Of a DNA stretch of 64,000 bases, positions 10,679-20,421 are shown piece by piece. Position numbers and translations under genes: made by a program. Every line of letters begins with the position of its first letter. Within the stretch, counting starts at the first letter, position 1. Source of the DNA: Minisyncoccota bacterium (GTDB taxonomy: Bacteria > Patescibacteriota > Minisyncoccia > Phycocordibacterales > VMEP01); contig JBAZUR010000001.1 in NCBI GenBank assembly GCA_041661305.1, positions 33,591 through 97,590 on the forward strand. Reading direction: 5' to 3'. A model generated the notes under the pieces. The model saw only the letters and a program-made list of their open reading frames with translations, made no database searches and was not told the DNA's origin.

Positions 10679-12475
10679 ATGAGTTTAAAACACATTCGTA
10701 ATTTTAGTATTATCGCGCATATTGATCACGGCAAGTCGACCTTGGCCGATCGTTTGCTTGACGCAACCCACACAATCGAAAAGCGCAAAATGCGCGACCA
10801 AGTCTTGGATCGTATGGACTTAGAGCGCGAGCGTGGCATTACCATCAAAATGACACCTGTCCGTATGGATTATATGGTGGATGGGGAATCGTATGTATTA
10901 AATTTGATTGATACCCCAGGGCATATAGATTTTTCGTACGAAGTTTCCAGGGCACTACAGGCTGTTGAAGGATCGCTTTTACTTGTCGACTCAACGCAAG
11001 GTGTGCAGGCTCAAACTCTTACAACTCTTGCAATGGCCAAAGAGCTTGGGGTTAAGATTATCCCCGTTGTGACTAAAATAGATTCTCCAATATCCCGCGT
11101 TGAGGAAGTTAAGCATGAGGTTATGAATTTACTAGACTGTGAAGAAAGTGATATTTTGGCTGTTTCTGGAAAAACCGGTGAGGGGGTTGAGGAACTACTT
11201 CGGGCGGTAGTAAAACGTGTTCCTCCACCAAAAGAGGAGTATCATGAAAAAAATAATTTCAGAGCATTGGTTTTTGATTTTGAATATTCAAACCATCAAG
11301 GGGTTATCGTTTACGTGAGAGTTTTGGATGGTGAAATTAAAAAAGGGGATGATTTATCTTTTCGCGAAGCAAACGAGAGGTTTATTTCAGCCGATGTTGG
11401 AATTTTCACTCCCGAGAAAAAACCTGCGGATAAACTTTCTGCGGGAGAAATTGGTTATATTGTTACGGCAATCAAAAAACCCGGCATCGCTTCTGTTGGA
11501 GATACAATTACGCTAACAAAAAATCCATTACCCGCACTTCCGGGATATCAAAATCCAAGACCGGTTGTTTGGGCTTCGCTTTATCCAGAAAGTCAGGATG
11601 ACTTTGATCTCCTAAAAGAATCATTGGTTAGACTTAAATTATCTGACTCGTCTCTTTCTTTTGAGGAAGAAGTTTCAGGCTCTCTTGGTCGCGGTTTTCG
11701 TTGTGGTTTTCTCGGGATGCTTCACTTGGAAATTGTGACCGAGCGGTTAAGGAGAGAATTTAATCTTGAGCTTATTGTCACATCGCCATCTATTAATTAC
11801 GAAGTTGTTTATCAGGGAGGGAAGAGGGAAAAAATTTATTCCCCACATCTTTTTCCAAGAGATGGAACTTACGCGGAAGCCTTTGAGCCGTGGGCCTCGA
11901 TTACACTCATTACACCGCCAGATTATGTGGGTGGAATTATGCAACTTTTATATGAACACGAAGCAGAGGTTGGAGAATCAAGTATATTCGGAGACAACCG
12001 CGTTTCGATTGGTGCGAGGGTTCCACTTCGTGAATTGATGAGAAATTTTTTCGATGAACTGAAAAGCGTGTCGTCTGGTTTCGCCTCCCTTTCCTATGAT
12101 ATCAATGAGATGCGCAAGGCTGATGTTACTAGGCTTGATGTTGTTGTTGCGGACGAAGTTGTTCCGGCTTTTACCCGCGTTATCTCGCGTAGAAGGGCGC
12201 AGGAAGACGCGGAAAAAGCAGTTGAAAAATTGCACCAAGTTCTTCCAAGACAGCTTTTTGAGGTCAAAATTCAAGCTACAGCGCTCGGGAGAATCCTTTC
12301 GTCCCGTAGTTTAAAAGCACTAAGGAAGGACGTTACAGGGTATCTTTACGGAGGCGATATTACGCGAAAAATGAAGCTTAGAGAGAAGCAAAAGAAAGGA
12401 AAGAAGAGAATGAAAGCGGGAGGCAGAGTTAATATACCTAAAGAGGTATTTTTGACGATGATGAAAAATCAGTAG
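10679..12475 (+). CDS. lepA: Elongation factor 4 (LepA)
   Basis: IRNFSIIAHIDHGKSTLADRLL G1 motif, DTPGHIDF and the LepA-specific C-terminal domain. Confidence 0.9.
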   Translation: MSLKHIRNFSIIAHIDHGKSTLADRLLDATHTIEKRKMRDQVLDRMDLERERGITIKMTPVRMDYMVDGESYVLNLIDTPGHIDFSYEVSRALQAVEGSLLLVDSTQGVQAQTLTTLAMAKELGVKIIPVVTKIDSPISRVEEVKHEVMNLLDCEESDILAVSGKTGEGVEELLRAVVKRVPPPKEEYHEKNNFRALVFDFEYSNHQGVIVYVRVLDGEIKKGDDLSFREANERFISADVGIFTPEKKPADKLSAGEIGYIVTAIKKPGIASVGDTITLTKNPLPALPGYQNPRPVVWASLYPESQDDFDLLKESLVRLKLSDSSLSFEEEVSGSLGRGFRCGFLGMLHLEIVTERLRREFNLELIVTSPSINYEVVYQGGKREKIYSPHLFPRDGTYAEAFEPWASITLITPPDYVGGIMQLLYEHEAEVGESSIFGDNRVSIGARVPLRELMRNFFDELKSVSSGFASLSYDINEMRKADVTRLDVVVADEVVPAFTRVISRRRAQEDAEKAVEKLHQVLPRQLFEVKIQATALGRILSSRSLKALRKDVTGYLYGGDITRKMKLREKQKKGKKRMKAGGRVNIPKEVFLTMMKNQ

Positions 12476-12629
12476 AGTTTAGCTAAAAAGAGGAGCGAGG
12501 TATAACAAAATCATACTCACCACAACGAGCAAACTCACTATTATCCAAGTGATTCTGACGACTTTACGGTTTCCTTTGTTGAATATCATATAATATCTAA
12601 AGTTTAATTAAGGGTTATAATATCAGAAA

Positions 12630-12992
12630 ATGCTCGAATTTCAAGACAAAAAGAGGTTTCGCCGTATTTTGTACTCTAGGGTTACGTTTGGGATAGTTTT
12701 TTTCTTTTGTTTACTCATTGGGAACGCGACATTTGATATGTATCAAACCAATCGCTTAACCGCAGATAAAAGAAAAATTGCTGAAGATGAGTTGCTTGCA
12801 GTCCAAATAAGGGAAGAATCCCTTCGGGCACAAATCGGAACACTTAAAACCGAGAGAGGAATTGAAGAGGAACTCAGAACAAAATTTAGGGTTGTTAAAA
12901 ATGGGGAAGGAGTTATTATTGTCGTTGAAGAGGAAGAAAAAAAGGCAACAACATCGAAGTCGTGGCTCAGTAAGTTTTTTGAATTTTTTTGA
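12630..12992 (+). CDS. Septum formation initiator (FtsB/DivIC-like) protein
   Basis: Single N-terminal TM, coiled coil and C-terminal EEELRTKFRVVKNGEGVII, typical of the FtsB/DivIC family. Confidence 0.5.
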   Translation: MLEFQDKKRFRRILYSRVTFGIVFFFCLLIGNATFDMYQTNRLTADKRKIAEDELLAVQIREESLRAQIGTLKTERGIEEELRTKFRVVKNGEGVIIVVEEEEKKATTSKSWLSKFFEFF

Positions 12993-13007
12993 ATCAATTT
13001 TAATTTT

Positions 13008-13079
13008 GCGGGTATGGTTTAGTGGCAGAATGCGACCTTCCCAAGGTTGAGACCCGGGTTCAATTCCCGGTACCCGCAC
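13008..13079 (+). tRNA. tRNA-Gly (anticodon CCC)
   Basis: Cloverleaf GCGGGTA...TACCCGC A. Anticodon loop TTCCCAA. T-loop GGTTCAATTCC. Confidence 0.8.
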
Positions 13080-13213
13080 AGATTGAGTAAAGTGAAAAGC
13101 TGTGCGGGTAAGCGAGCAAACTGCTTTGCTCGCTTACCCGCACAAAATTTAATATTTATTACCATTTTAAGTTTGTGATATAATCAGCATTCATTAAAAA
13201 TAGTAAAAATTAT

Positions 13214-13447
13214 ATGAAAAAAGTCACTATTTATAGCACCCCAACTTGTGTTTACTGCAATATGGCCAAAAATTATTTCAAAGATAAGAATGTTTCCTTT
13301 GAAGAGTTTAATGTTGCACAAGATATGGAAAGACAAAAAGAAATGATTAACCTAACGGGACAACGTGGAGTTCCAGTTATCGTGATAGAAGGGGAAGCCA
13401 TTGTTGGATTTAATAAGCCAAGAGTAGAAGAATTGCTTGGTTTGTAG
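13214..13447 (+). CDS. Glutaredoxin-like protein (NrdH/YruB type)
   Basis: 77 aa, KVTIYSTPTCVYCNMAKNYF with CxxC active site and thioredoxin fold. Confidence 0.75.
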   Translation: MKKVTIYSTPTCVYCNMAKNYFKDKNVSFEEFNVAQDMERQKEMINLTGQRGVPVIVIEGEAIVGFNKPRVEELLGL

Positions 13448-13472
13448 AGCTAATTTAAAGGAATTAAGGCCA

Positions 13473-13500
13473 AAAAACACTAGGATTTCTAGTGTTTTTT
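13473..13500 (+). terminator. Rho-independent terminator
   Basis: aaaaaacactag-gatt-tctagtgtttttt hairpin plus T-run. Confidence 0.7.
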
Positions 13501-13544
13501 GTTGAATCTAAGGTAAGATATAACGGTAATTAAATAGACAGAAG

Positions 13545-13616
13545 GCCCTCGTAGTTAAATGGATATAACTACCCCGTCCTAAGGGGTAATTGTGGGTTCG
13601 ATTCCTGCCGAGGGCA
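13545..13616 (+). tRNA. tRNA-Arg (anticodon CCT)
   Basis: Acceptor GCCCTCG/CGAGGGC, anticodon stem ACCCC/GGGGT, loop GTCCTAA, T-loop TTCGATT. Confidence 0.75.
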
Positions 13617-13815
13617 TAAAATAAAGAAGACGGCTAGCGAGCCGTTCTTCTTTATTTTATGCCCGAGAGCGACTGAACTGCTTCAGTCGCGTGCAGGAAT
13701 CGAAAGGCGGAACTATGTTTTTGTAGCAACAAAAACAAGTGAGCCGGGGTCGAGGAAATTTTGAGTGGCGACGAAAAATTATCCGTGACCGAAAGCGTAC
13801 TCGCGATTCCTGCTG
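13617..13815 (+). repeat. tRNA-associated miniature element (plus orientation) downstream of tRNA-Arg
   Basis: Two hairpins, then the T-loop-complement box gcaggaatcgaaaggcggaac (13691-13711). Then the conserved M motif in reverse-complement form, gagccggggtcgagg...ccgtgacc (13741-13790). Then cgattcctgc, a direct copy of the tRNA-Arg T-loop/T-stem segment. Confidence 0.6.
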
Positions 13816-14035
13816 AATTGTTTTTCCGTGGTCAAGAAAATTTTGTCTTCAAAATTATTAGTGACCGATTCCTGCCAATGGTACAAATCAACACTATTGC
13901 TTTTTTTATCCGGTATTGTATAGTTTGGGCTGGTTTTACCCATTTAATCTTAACAAGAAAGGTGGACAAGTTCTTTAAGCCTAACAAGCTTTGGAGGTTT
14001 TTAATTGTTTAAAAACATACAATAAGGAAACAGTC

Positions 14036-14464
14036 ATGCAAGATTCGCAAACTGTATCAGGAACAAAACCTGCCACCGGAAAGAAGGCCAAGCCAGCTTT
14101 CGGCAGGAAGAAGGTTACCCGCGTCGATCTTTTTTTCGACAAGGAAACCCCGGCTCCGTACCAGCGTCCGGCCGTCGCGTATTCGCCGGGTTTTACGGCG
14201 CGTTACATGATTCCGTGTCGTGTCGGGGAAAATGGCAGAATCAACGCCAACCTTTCCGAGCTTTGTGGCTTTCTCCGCAACAGCAATGTTTCGGTCATCG
14301 GCAAAAAGAAGGTGGTCGAGATCGAAGCGAAAAGGGGTCGGCACATGCGCCGAATGAAGCGCGAGGTCATTGACCCGGGCCCTGATTGCGAGGTCGTCGT
14401 CTTCACGAATATGACGACACCGCACTGTTACGCCCTGAAGTCACAGGTCGTGAGCGGCCTGTAG
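14036..14464 (+). CDS. Hypothetical protein, GC-rich (compositionally foreign)
   Basis: 142-aa ORF (start at ATG 14036 within ORF 13991..14464). Locally far more GC-rich than its surroundings, with a GC hairpin at 14486-14509 downstream. No recognisable family. Confidence 0.45.
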   Translation: MQDSQTVSGTKPATGKKAKPAFGRKKVTRVDLFFDKETPAPYQRPAVAYSPGFTARYMIPCRVGENGRINANLSELCGFLRNSNVSVIGKKKVVEIEAKRGRHMRRMKREVIDPGPDCEVVVFTNMTTPHCYALKSQVVSGL

Positions 14465-14551
14465 AAATGGCCAATAAGTAGTAGGAGGCGCGCTTAAAAC
14501 AGCGCGCCTTTAACATTTATCACCGGTTATCTATGTGCTATAGTATTTGTT

Positions 14552-14854
14552 ATGGATCAGGAATTGCGTGAGTTGCTTGAAAAAACCCTTAAGATATCGG
14601 AGGAAAATAACGATTTGTTGAAGAAAATGCATCGCTCTCAGCGATGGTCTATGGTAATGAGTGCAATGTACTGGCTCTTCATTGTCGGTATTACTTTTGG
14701 GGTATATTACTATCTTCAGCCATACATTACGACACTTCTTGAAACATACACTAGTTTAATTGGTGGGATTGAGGATATTCAGCAAAAAACTCAATCATTT
14801 CCAGATGCGAATATTATCAGTGACTTTTTGAAAGGACTGAATGTTCAGAGATAA
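14552..14854 (+). CDS. Hypothetical small membrane protein
   Basis: 100 aa with one central TM helix (WSMVMSAMYWLFIVGITFGVYYYL). Confidence 0.4.
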   Translation: MDQELRELLEKTLKISEENNDLLKKMHRSQRWSMVMSAMYWLFIVGITFGVYYYLQPYITTLLETYTSLIGGIEDIQQKTQSFPDANIISDFLKGLNVQR

Positions 14855-14865
14855 AAAATAAATAT

Positions 14866-14941
14866 GCCGAGATAGCTCAGTTGGTAGAGCATTTCCCTGA
14901 AGAGGAAGGGGTCGCCGGTTCGAATCCGGCTCTCGGCACCA
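14866..14941 (+). tRNA. tRNA-Phe (anticodon GAA), CCA encoded
   Basis: GCCGAGATAGCTCAGTTGGTAGAGC...anticodon loop CTGAAGA...GGTTCGAATCC...TCTCGGCACCA. Confidence 0.9.
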
Positions 14942-14959
14942 CAACAACACCATACAATA

Positions 14960-14990
14960 AAAAATCCGCGTAAGCGGATTTTTTATTGTA
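14960..14990. terminator. Bidirectional terminator between tRNA-Phe and the hsp20 gene
   Basis: aaaaaatccgc-gtaa-gcggatttttt, flanked by A-run and T-run. Confidence 0.7.
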
Positions 14991-14991
14991 T

Positions 14992-15462
14992 TTAAATTGA
15001 CCTAACTTTTAGTTTCGTTTGCTTTTCGCGGTCAACTTTTGGAAGGCGAATAACGAGTAGCCCGTGCTTTTCAATGGCTTCTGTTTCCTCCGGCTCTATT
15101 TCTTGTGGAAGCATTATTGTTCGAGAGAATGAGCCCCAATACAGTTCGTGATAGAAATAATCGTCTTCTTCACCTTCTTTGTTTTCCTCTCTTTTACCCT
15201 TGATTGTTACCATGTCGCGAGTTATGGAGATTTGAAGATCGTCTGGCTTTACTCCAGCAACAATAGATTTGATTATTATTTCAGTTGGTGTTTGGTAAAC
15301 ATCAACAGTTAGTTGTGCGTCCTCAGCCTCTTCTTCCATCCAAGGAGCTGTGCCCTTATGGGTTCCTTTTTCGTCGTCTTGTTCAAGAGTTTCCTCGTTA
15401 TCGTCATTTAAAGAAACACTCCCAGTTAATTTTTCGAAAAATGATCGTTTGTCTTTAGACAT
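14992..15462 (-). CDS. Hsp20/alpha-crystallin family small heat-shock protein
   Basis: Alpha-crystallin domain (DVYQTPTEIIIKSIVAGVKPDDLQISITRDMVTIKG...HELYWGSFSRTIMLPQ). Confidence 0.85.
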   Translation of the reverse strand: MSKDKRSFFEKLTGSVSLNDDNEETLEQDDEKGTHKGTAPWMEEEAEDAQLTVDVYQTPTEIIIKSIVAGVKPDDLQISITRDMVTIKGKREENKEGEEDDYFYHELYWGSFSRTIMLPQEIEPEETEAIEKHGLLVIRLPKVDREKQTKLKVRSI

Positions 15463-15492
15463 AAAGGCTTTGGTTTATTATTTATTAAAAAT

Positions 15493-16191
15493 TTACTCTT
15501 TTATTTGTTTTATTTTTTCAAAGACAAGAAGGATTAAGACTGCGACAATCCAAAAAAATGCAAATACTCCAAGTACATTATTGTGTTCGTCATTCATTAT
15601 AAAAAAATTAAACAAAGTATGCAATGCAGTTGCAGCAAATAGACCTAAAATAAGCGCAATGGTGCGAATATAACTTCTTGCATAAAAAGCAAGCCCAAGC
15701 GCTATCCCAATAAGAGCACTACCTTCTGCGTGTAGTACAGCTGCCCCAAGGAACCTAAGATTTCCAGTTATGAATCCTTCCGCCAAGTTTCCATTTTCTA
15801 TCGGGTCAATTAAAAATAATGCATTTTCAGCAGCAGCGAAACCCAACGCAGCAGTAATGAGATACATCGCGCAGTCTATTGGCTCATCAAGAAAACGACT
15901 TGACCAAACAATTATGAAAAATGCTAAAAATTTTATTACCTCTTCTATGAATGCCCAAGCCGATAAGGTCTGCACACCTTCTTCGAGAAAAGATTGAACA
16001 TATTGTTGAAGGGGAATGACAAACGCAACACTCAGCATCCCAACTATAAAAACGAAAGCGAGAAGTCTTTTTGGTTCAGGATTTAATTTATCTTGTCTCA
16101 ACCAAAACCAAAGCCAAAATATTGCCGGCAAAACTCCACCTAATAAAGAATAAAAATAAGCATCTATGTTGGGGAGTATCATATTGGCCAT
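15493..16191 (-). CDS. PrsW-family intramembrane protease-like protein
   Basis: Polytopic membrane protein with EEVIKF (EExxK) and FxxxH motifs characteristic of the PrsW/M82 family. Confidence 0.55.
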   Translation of the reverse strand: MANMILPNIDAYFYSLLGGVLPAIFWLWFWLRQDKLNPEPKRLLAFVFIVGMLSVAFVIPLQQYVQSFLEEGVQTLSAWAFIEEVIKFLAFFIIVWSSRFLDEPIDCAMYLITAALGFAAAENALFLIDPIENGNLAEGFITGNLRFLGAAVLHAEGSALIGIALGLAFYARSYIRTIALILGLFAATALHTLFNFFIMNDEHNNVLGVFAFFWIVAVLILLVFEKIKQIKE

Positions 16192-18371
16192 TTCTCAATC
16201 ATTAATATTTTATGACCTTTTGATGGTGAGTTGGGAAGTAGTTGCCAAATTGACTCTGTTACGAAGGGCATAAACGGGTGAAGCGCTTTTAATAAGTTGT
16301 GAAGTATGTTTTTAAGCATAAATGCTGTAGCGTTTATGTCATCTTGATCAGAACCACCTAAATGAGTTTTGCTTTCCTCGATTATTTTATCGGCGAAAAC
16401 GTGCCAGGTATAATGATATAGTTTTTCGCCAGCTAAGTAGAAACGATAGTTTTCAATGTCCCCAGTAATTTCAGCTAAAATATTTTCAAAATCTTTCATT
16501 TGTTTAGACTGCCAGTTTCCTAGTTTTATATCTTCAGTTTTTATGTTTTCGGTATTCTCAAGAACAAAACGTGCGATGTTCCAAAGTTTGTTGCCGAAGT
16601 TTTTGTAGCCGCGTATTTTGTCCTCAGAAATTTTTGAGTCATTCCCAGGAGCAGTTCCGATGATAAGTGAGAGACGTACTGCGTCTGTGCTGAATTTATC
16701 CGACATGTTAACTGGATCAATAATATTTCCAAGAGATTTGGACATCTTGCGTCCTTGCCCATCACGAACCAATCCATGTAGATAAACTTTTTTGAATGGA
16801 ATTTGTCCCGTTAGATAAGTACTCATTAAGATCATTCTTGCTACCCAGAAAAATAAGATGTCATATCCAGTTTCAAGAACATCAGTTGGGTGATAGTTTT
16901 TTAAATCATTAGTTTTTTCTGGCCACCCCAAGGTTGAGAAAGTCCAAAGACCAGATGAAAACCAAGTATCAAGGGTGTCTGGGTCTTGTTCCCACCCATC
17001 TCCTTCTGGGGTTTCCACTCCTGTATAAGTTTCGTCACCACGGTACCAAACAGGGATACGGTGCCCATACCATATTTGCCTTGAGATACACCAGTCCCTT
17101 AGGTTATTTATCCAGTGGAAATAAATTTTTGAGAAATGCTCGGGAATAATTTCTACCTGACCATTTTCAACAACCTGAATCATTAACTTTTTTAGTGTTA
17201 CTGTGTCTCCTGATGAGATACCGTTTATTTCCGAGTATGGTAGTTTAAATTCCTTGTTAACATCCACAAACCACTGCATCATAATTTGAGGTTCTATGAT
17301 TCCACCACCGCGACTATCCGTTGCAATGTTGTGGATATAGTCTTCATCGGTCTTTACAAGCAATCCTTTACTTTTTAATTTTTCTACGATAAGTGGACGA
17401 GCTTTTTTTATATGTAACCCAGCAAATTCTCCAGCAATCGGAAGGAGCTTACCCTTGTAATCAATAACCTGTTCTTTATCAAGATTGTGCCTCTCTGCGA
17501 TTTCAAAGTCGACAGCATCGTGCCATGGAGTGATTGTCATAACACCAGTTCCAAATTCCATATCAACTGCCGCGTCTTTTATGATAGTTGCTTTAATTGG
17601 ACCATTTATCCACTCCAGCTCTATTTGTTGTCCCTCCGTATACTCCGCATAACGTTTGTCGTCTGGGTGCATCACGATATATTTATCCCCGAATTTTGTT
17701 TCTGGGCGTGCTGTACTAATAACGAACGGACCGTATTTAAAATAATAAAAAGATGTTTTTTCTTCCACGCGCTCAATCTCTTCGTCGGAAACTGTTGTTT
17801 GGAGTTTTGGATCCCAGTTAACAATGCGATGTCCACGGTAGATTAATTCGTCATCATACATTTTTTTGAAGGCCGTTTTGACCGCAAGATTTCTTTCTTT
17901 ATCAAGAGTGTATGCTTCACGGCTCCAGTCTATCGATGAACCCATTCGTTTGATTTGGTTAACAATTGTGTCGTGACTATCTTGAGCGAAATCTTCTACT
18001 CGTTTCAGAAAAATTTCACGCCCTAGGTCGTGGCGAGTTTTTTCTTCTTTTTTGTAAAGTTCCTTTTCAACTTTTTCCTGAGTGGCTATTGCGGCATGGT
18101 CTGTTCCTGGTAGCCAAAGTGTGCGTTTTCCACGCATGCGATTAAAACGCACCAGTATATCTTCTATGGCTAACATTGCAGCGTGCCCTATGTGTAATGT
18201 GCCGGTAACGTTTGGTGGAGGGAGAACGATTGAAAAAATTTCAGCATTGCTTTCGGTCACACCTTTTTCAACGCAAACATCTGGATTAAAAAATCCGCTA
18301 TTTTCCCAGAGTTTATAGATATTAGACTCAGTCTCTTTAGGGTCGTACGGCTTAAGGAATTTTCCGTCCAT
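16179..18371 (-). CDS. valS: Valine--tRNA ligase (short form lacking C-terminal coiled coil)
   Basis: PPPNVTGTLHIGHA (HIGH) and KMSKSLGN (KMSKS). The ValRS-type editing domain is present. Confidence 0.85.
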   Translation of the reverse strand: MDGKFLKPYDPKETESNIYKLWENSGFFNPDVCVEKGVTESNAEIFSIVLPPPNVTGTLHIGHAAMLAIEDILVRFNRMRGKRTLWLPGTDHAAIATQEKVEKELYKKEEKTRHDLGREIFLKRVEDFAQDSHDTIVNQIKRMGSSIDWSREAYTLDKERNLAVKTAFKKMYDDELIYRGHRIVNWDPKLQTTVSDEEIERVEEKTSFYYFKYGPFVISTARPETKFGDKYIVMHPDDKRYAEYTEGQQIELEWINGPIKATIIKDAAVDMEFGTGVMTITPWHDAVDFEIAERHNLDKEQVIDYKGKLLPIAGEFAGLHIKKARPLIVEKLKSKGLLVKTDEDYIHNIATDSRGGGIIEPQIMMQWFVDVNKEFKLPYSEINGISSGDTVTLKKLMIQVVENGQVEIIPEHFSKIYFHWINNLRDWCISRQIWYGHRIPVWYRGDETYTGVETPEGDGWEQDPDTLDTWFSSGLWTFSTLGWPEKTNDLKNYHPTDVLETGYDILFFWVARMILMSTYLTGQIPFKKVYLHGLVRDGQGRKMSKSLGNIIDPVNMSDKFSTDAVRLSLIIGTAPGNDSKISEDKIRGYKNFGNKLWNIARFVLENTENIKTEDIKLGNWQSKQMKDFENILAEITGDIENYRFYLAGEKLYHYTWHVFADKIIEESKTHLGGSDQDDINATAFMLKNILHNLLKALHPFMPFVTESIWQLLPNSPSKGHKILMIEKWPI

Positions 18372-18466
18372 AATGACAAAATCATATCATAAATAAGGGT
18401 TTTTTCTACCGTGCTTTACTTTCTGCATCTTTTGTTGTACAATAACCAGAGGTTTTGTTGTAAACG

Positions 18467-18886
18467 TTGAAAAGGAGCATGGCCATGAGTGAGAAACAAA
18501 AAACAGATGGGGCCTTCCTAGAGATTTTTGGAAATCCAGTGGACAATGGATATTCTCCAGACATCTCGTTCGTTGGGGAACTTCTTGTGGCCCTCGAAGA
18601 TTTCAGGTTCGGAAGCTCTTTTGGGAAAAAGAGTAAGTCTGAAATCGAGAGAGGTCGTCGCGCATGGGAAAGCCAAAAAAAATGTGCTTTTGCTGTGTTG
18701 CGAAAGAGTCCAAGAATTTGCCACGCGAACAGTGTCCTAAGGGAACACTTGGTTCATCGGCACTTCATCTCCGTTTTGATCACGGACAAAGAATGGTCGG
18801 AGGTGTGGAAGAAGTTTCGGGAAAACTGCAAAGCCAACCCGAAGCTCATTTCATACATCGACCGAACCTTGGTCCATGTCGCCTAA
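18467..18886 (+). CDS. Hypothetical protein
   Basis: 139-aa ORF filling the gap between valS and tsaD. No recognisable domain. Confidence 0.3.
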   Translation: MKRSMAMSEKQKTDGAFLEIFGNPVDNGYSPDISFVGELLVALEDFRFGSSFGKKSKSEIERGRRAWESQKKCAFAVLRKSPRICHANSVLREHLVHRHFISVLITDKEWSEVWKKFRENCKANPKLISYIDRTLVHVA

Positions 18887-20070
18887 AACGAGAGATTGCC
18901 ATCAGCGCGGATCCTAGAAAGGGGGACCCGCGCTTTTAATTTGTCTGATTTAAAATATCCAGCAAGTCCAATCATGATTGCATTGTCGGTTGTTAGTGTT
19001 TGAGAGGGAACAAAGAGTGCAGTTTTTGGAAAATCATTCTTAATTGTTTTTTCAAACGAAGAACGAATGTGTTTGTTGGCTGACACACCGCCCCCGAGTG
19101 TAAATGTTTTTACGCCAAATTTTTCTATAGCCTTAGAGCTTTTTGAAACAAGAACTTCTGTCGCTGAATTTTCAAATTCACACGCAATTGATTCTTTAAT
19201 AGATTCGCTCATCTTCGGGATTTTTTTAATAGTATACAAGACAGCGGTTTTCAACCCAGCAAAAGAGAAATCAAAATCTTTTGAATTGAGCATTGGACGA
19301 GGAAGGGGATATAAAGATTTTTCGTCTCCGTACTCTCCTCGATATTTTTCGGCAAGACGCGATATGTGAGGACCACCCGGATATGGGAGAGAAAGCATTC
19401 TGGCTACTTTGTCGAAAGCTTCGCCGACGGCATCATCTCTTGTTTGTCCAACTACTTTGTAAACACCCCATTTTTTAGCCAAAACAAGCTCTGTGTGGCC
19501 ACCGGAGATAAGAAGTGAGAGCATTGGGAATATAGGCTTTTTGAGCGAAAATTTCTCTCCTGTGGAGCCCTTAAGGAGTGAGGCGAGTAGATGCCCCTCC
19601 ATATGGTTTGCTGGAATAACAGGTATACCCCAGATGAAATTTAGCGCTTTAGCAAAATTGATACCAACCCAAAGCGCTGGCTCAAGACCTGGGCCACTTG
19701 TTACAACAATTAGGTCAATTTTCGGAATTTTTATTTGTGGTAAATCGGAGCACATCAATTCAAAAAGTTCGTGCTCGTGTGAGAGTAAAGTTTTTAGTTT
19801 ATTTATTGTCTTAGTGTCAAAAGATTTAGTTTTGTTGGTTTTTAGTAAACCACTCTTTTTGAGTGCAGTTTTTAAAATTGGAAGAAGATTTTTTGAGTGT
19901 TCGCGTTTTGCTAGTGCTGGGTATACACCACCATATTGTTCGTGGATTTCTATTTGAGAAATTAGGGCGTTACCCAAAACAGAAACTTTTGTTTCAGTTT
20001 TAGTTTCCTTAATGTCTAAAATCGCAATCGCGGTTTCATCGCACGATGTTTCTATGGCTAGTATTTTCAT
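18883..20070 (-). CDS. tsaD: tRNA N6-adenosine threonylcarbamoyltransferase TsaD (Kae1/Gcp family)
   Basis: MKILAIETSCDETAIAILD N-terminus, HMEGH metal-binding motif and GGVSAN. Confidence 0.85.
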   Translation of the reverse strand: MKILAIETSCDETAIAILDIKETKTETKVSVLGNALISQIEIHEQYGGVYPALAKREHSKNLLPILKTALKKSGLLKTNKTKSFDTKTINKLKTLLSHEHELFELMCSDLPQIKIPKIDLIVVTSGPGLEPALWVGINFAKALNFIWGIPVIPANHMEGHLLASLLKGSTGEKFSLKKPIFPMLSLLISGGHTELVLAKKWGVYKVVGQTRDDAVGEAFDKVARMLSLPYPGGPHISRLAEKYRGEYGDEKSLYPLPRPMLNSKDFDFSFAGLKTAVLYTIKKIPKMSESIKESIACEFENSATEVLVSKSSKAIEKFGVKTFTLGGGVSANKHIRSSFEKTIKNDFPKTALFVPSQTLTTDNAIMIGLAGYFKSDKLKARVPLSRIRADGNLSF

Positions 20071-20108
20071 GGGATGGTTAAAGTTTTTGAAAAATTAAAA
20101 GTAAATGT

Positions 20109-20260
20109 GATAGAGGGGTCGGTCACGGATATTTTTCTGCTGAAAAATTCCGCGACCCCGTCTCGTCTGTCCTCACAGACTGCGACTTTCGACTTCTCGC
20201 GCAAGTGAATTTGTTACTTGCTTATCGCGCACATAAAAATGCGCTTCTCTTATTTTTAGG
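20109..20260 (-). repeat. tRNA-associated miniature element downstream of tRNA-Val
   Basis: Copy of the tRNA-Val 3' segment gatagaggggtcg (20109-20121) fused to M motif ggtcacggatatttttctgctgaaaaattccgcgaccccgtctcg (20121-20166). Box gcgactttcgacttc with inverted match to the tRNA T-region. Hairpin gcaagtgaatttgttacttgc. Confidence 0.6.
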
Positions 20261-20333
20261 TGCGCGATAGAGGAGTCGAACCTCTGACCTACCCCACGTC
20301 AAGGGGTCGCTCTACCAACTGAGCTAACCGCGC
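20261..20333 (-). tRNA. tRNA-Val (anticodon GAC)
   Basis: Reverse complement GCGCGGTTAGCTCAGTTGGTAGAGCGACCCCTTGACGTGGGGTAGGTCAGAGGTTCGACTCCTCTATCGCGCA. Confidence 0.85.
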
Positions 20334-20421
20334 GTATAAATACAAAATAACTAACAATTAAGCATAATAATGGTTTTTTAACGATTTGAATAGGGTTAAA
20401 TTTTGACGTCTAAAGATTAGG

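Noticed and set aside
13761-14012. 83-aa ORF after tRNA-Arg
   Set aside because: It begins inside the conserved element motif (13741-13790) and runs through the copy box. It is better explained as non-coding element sequence. The GC-rich ORF starting at 14036 is in a different frame.
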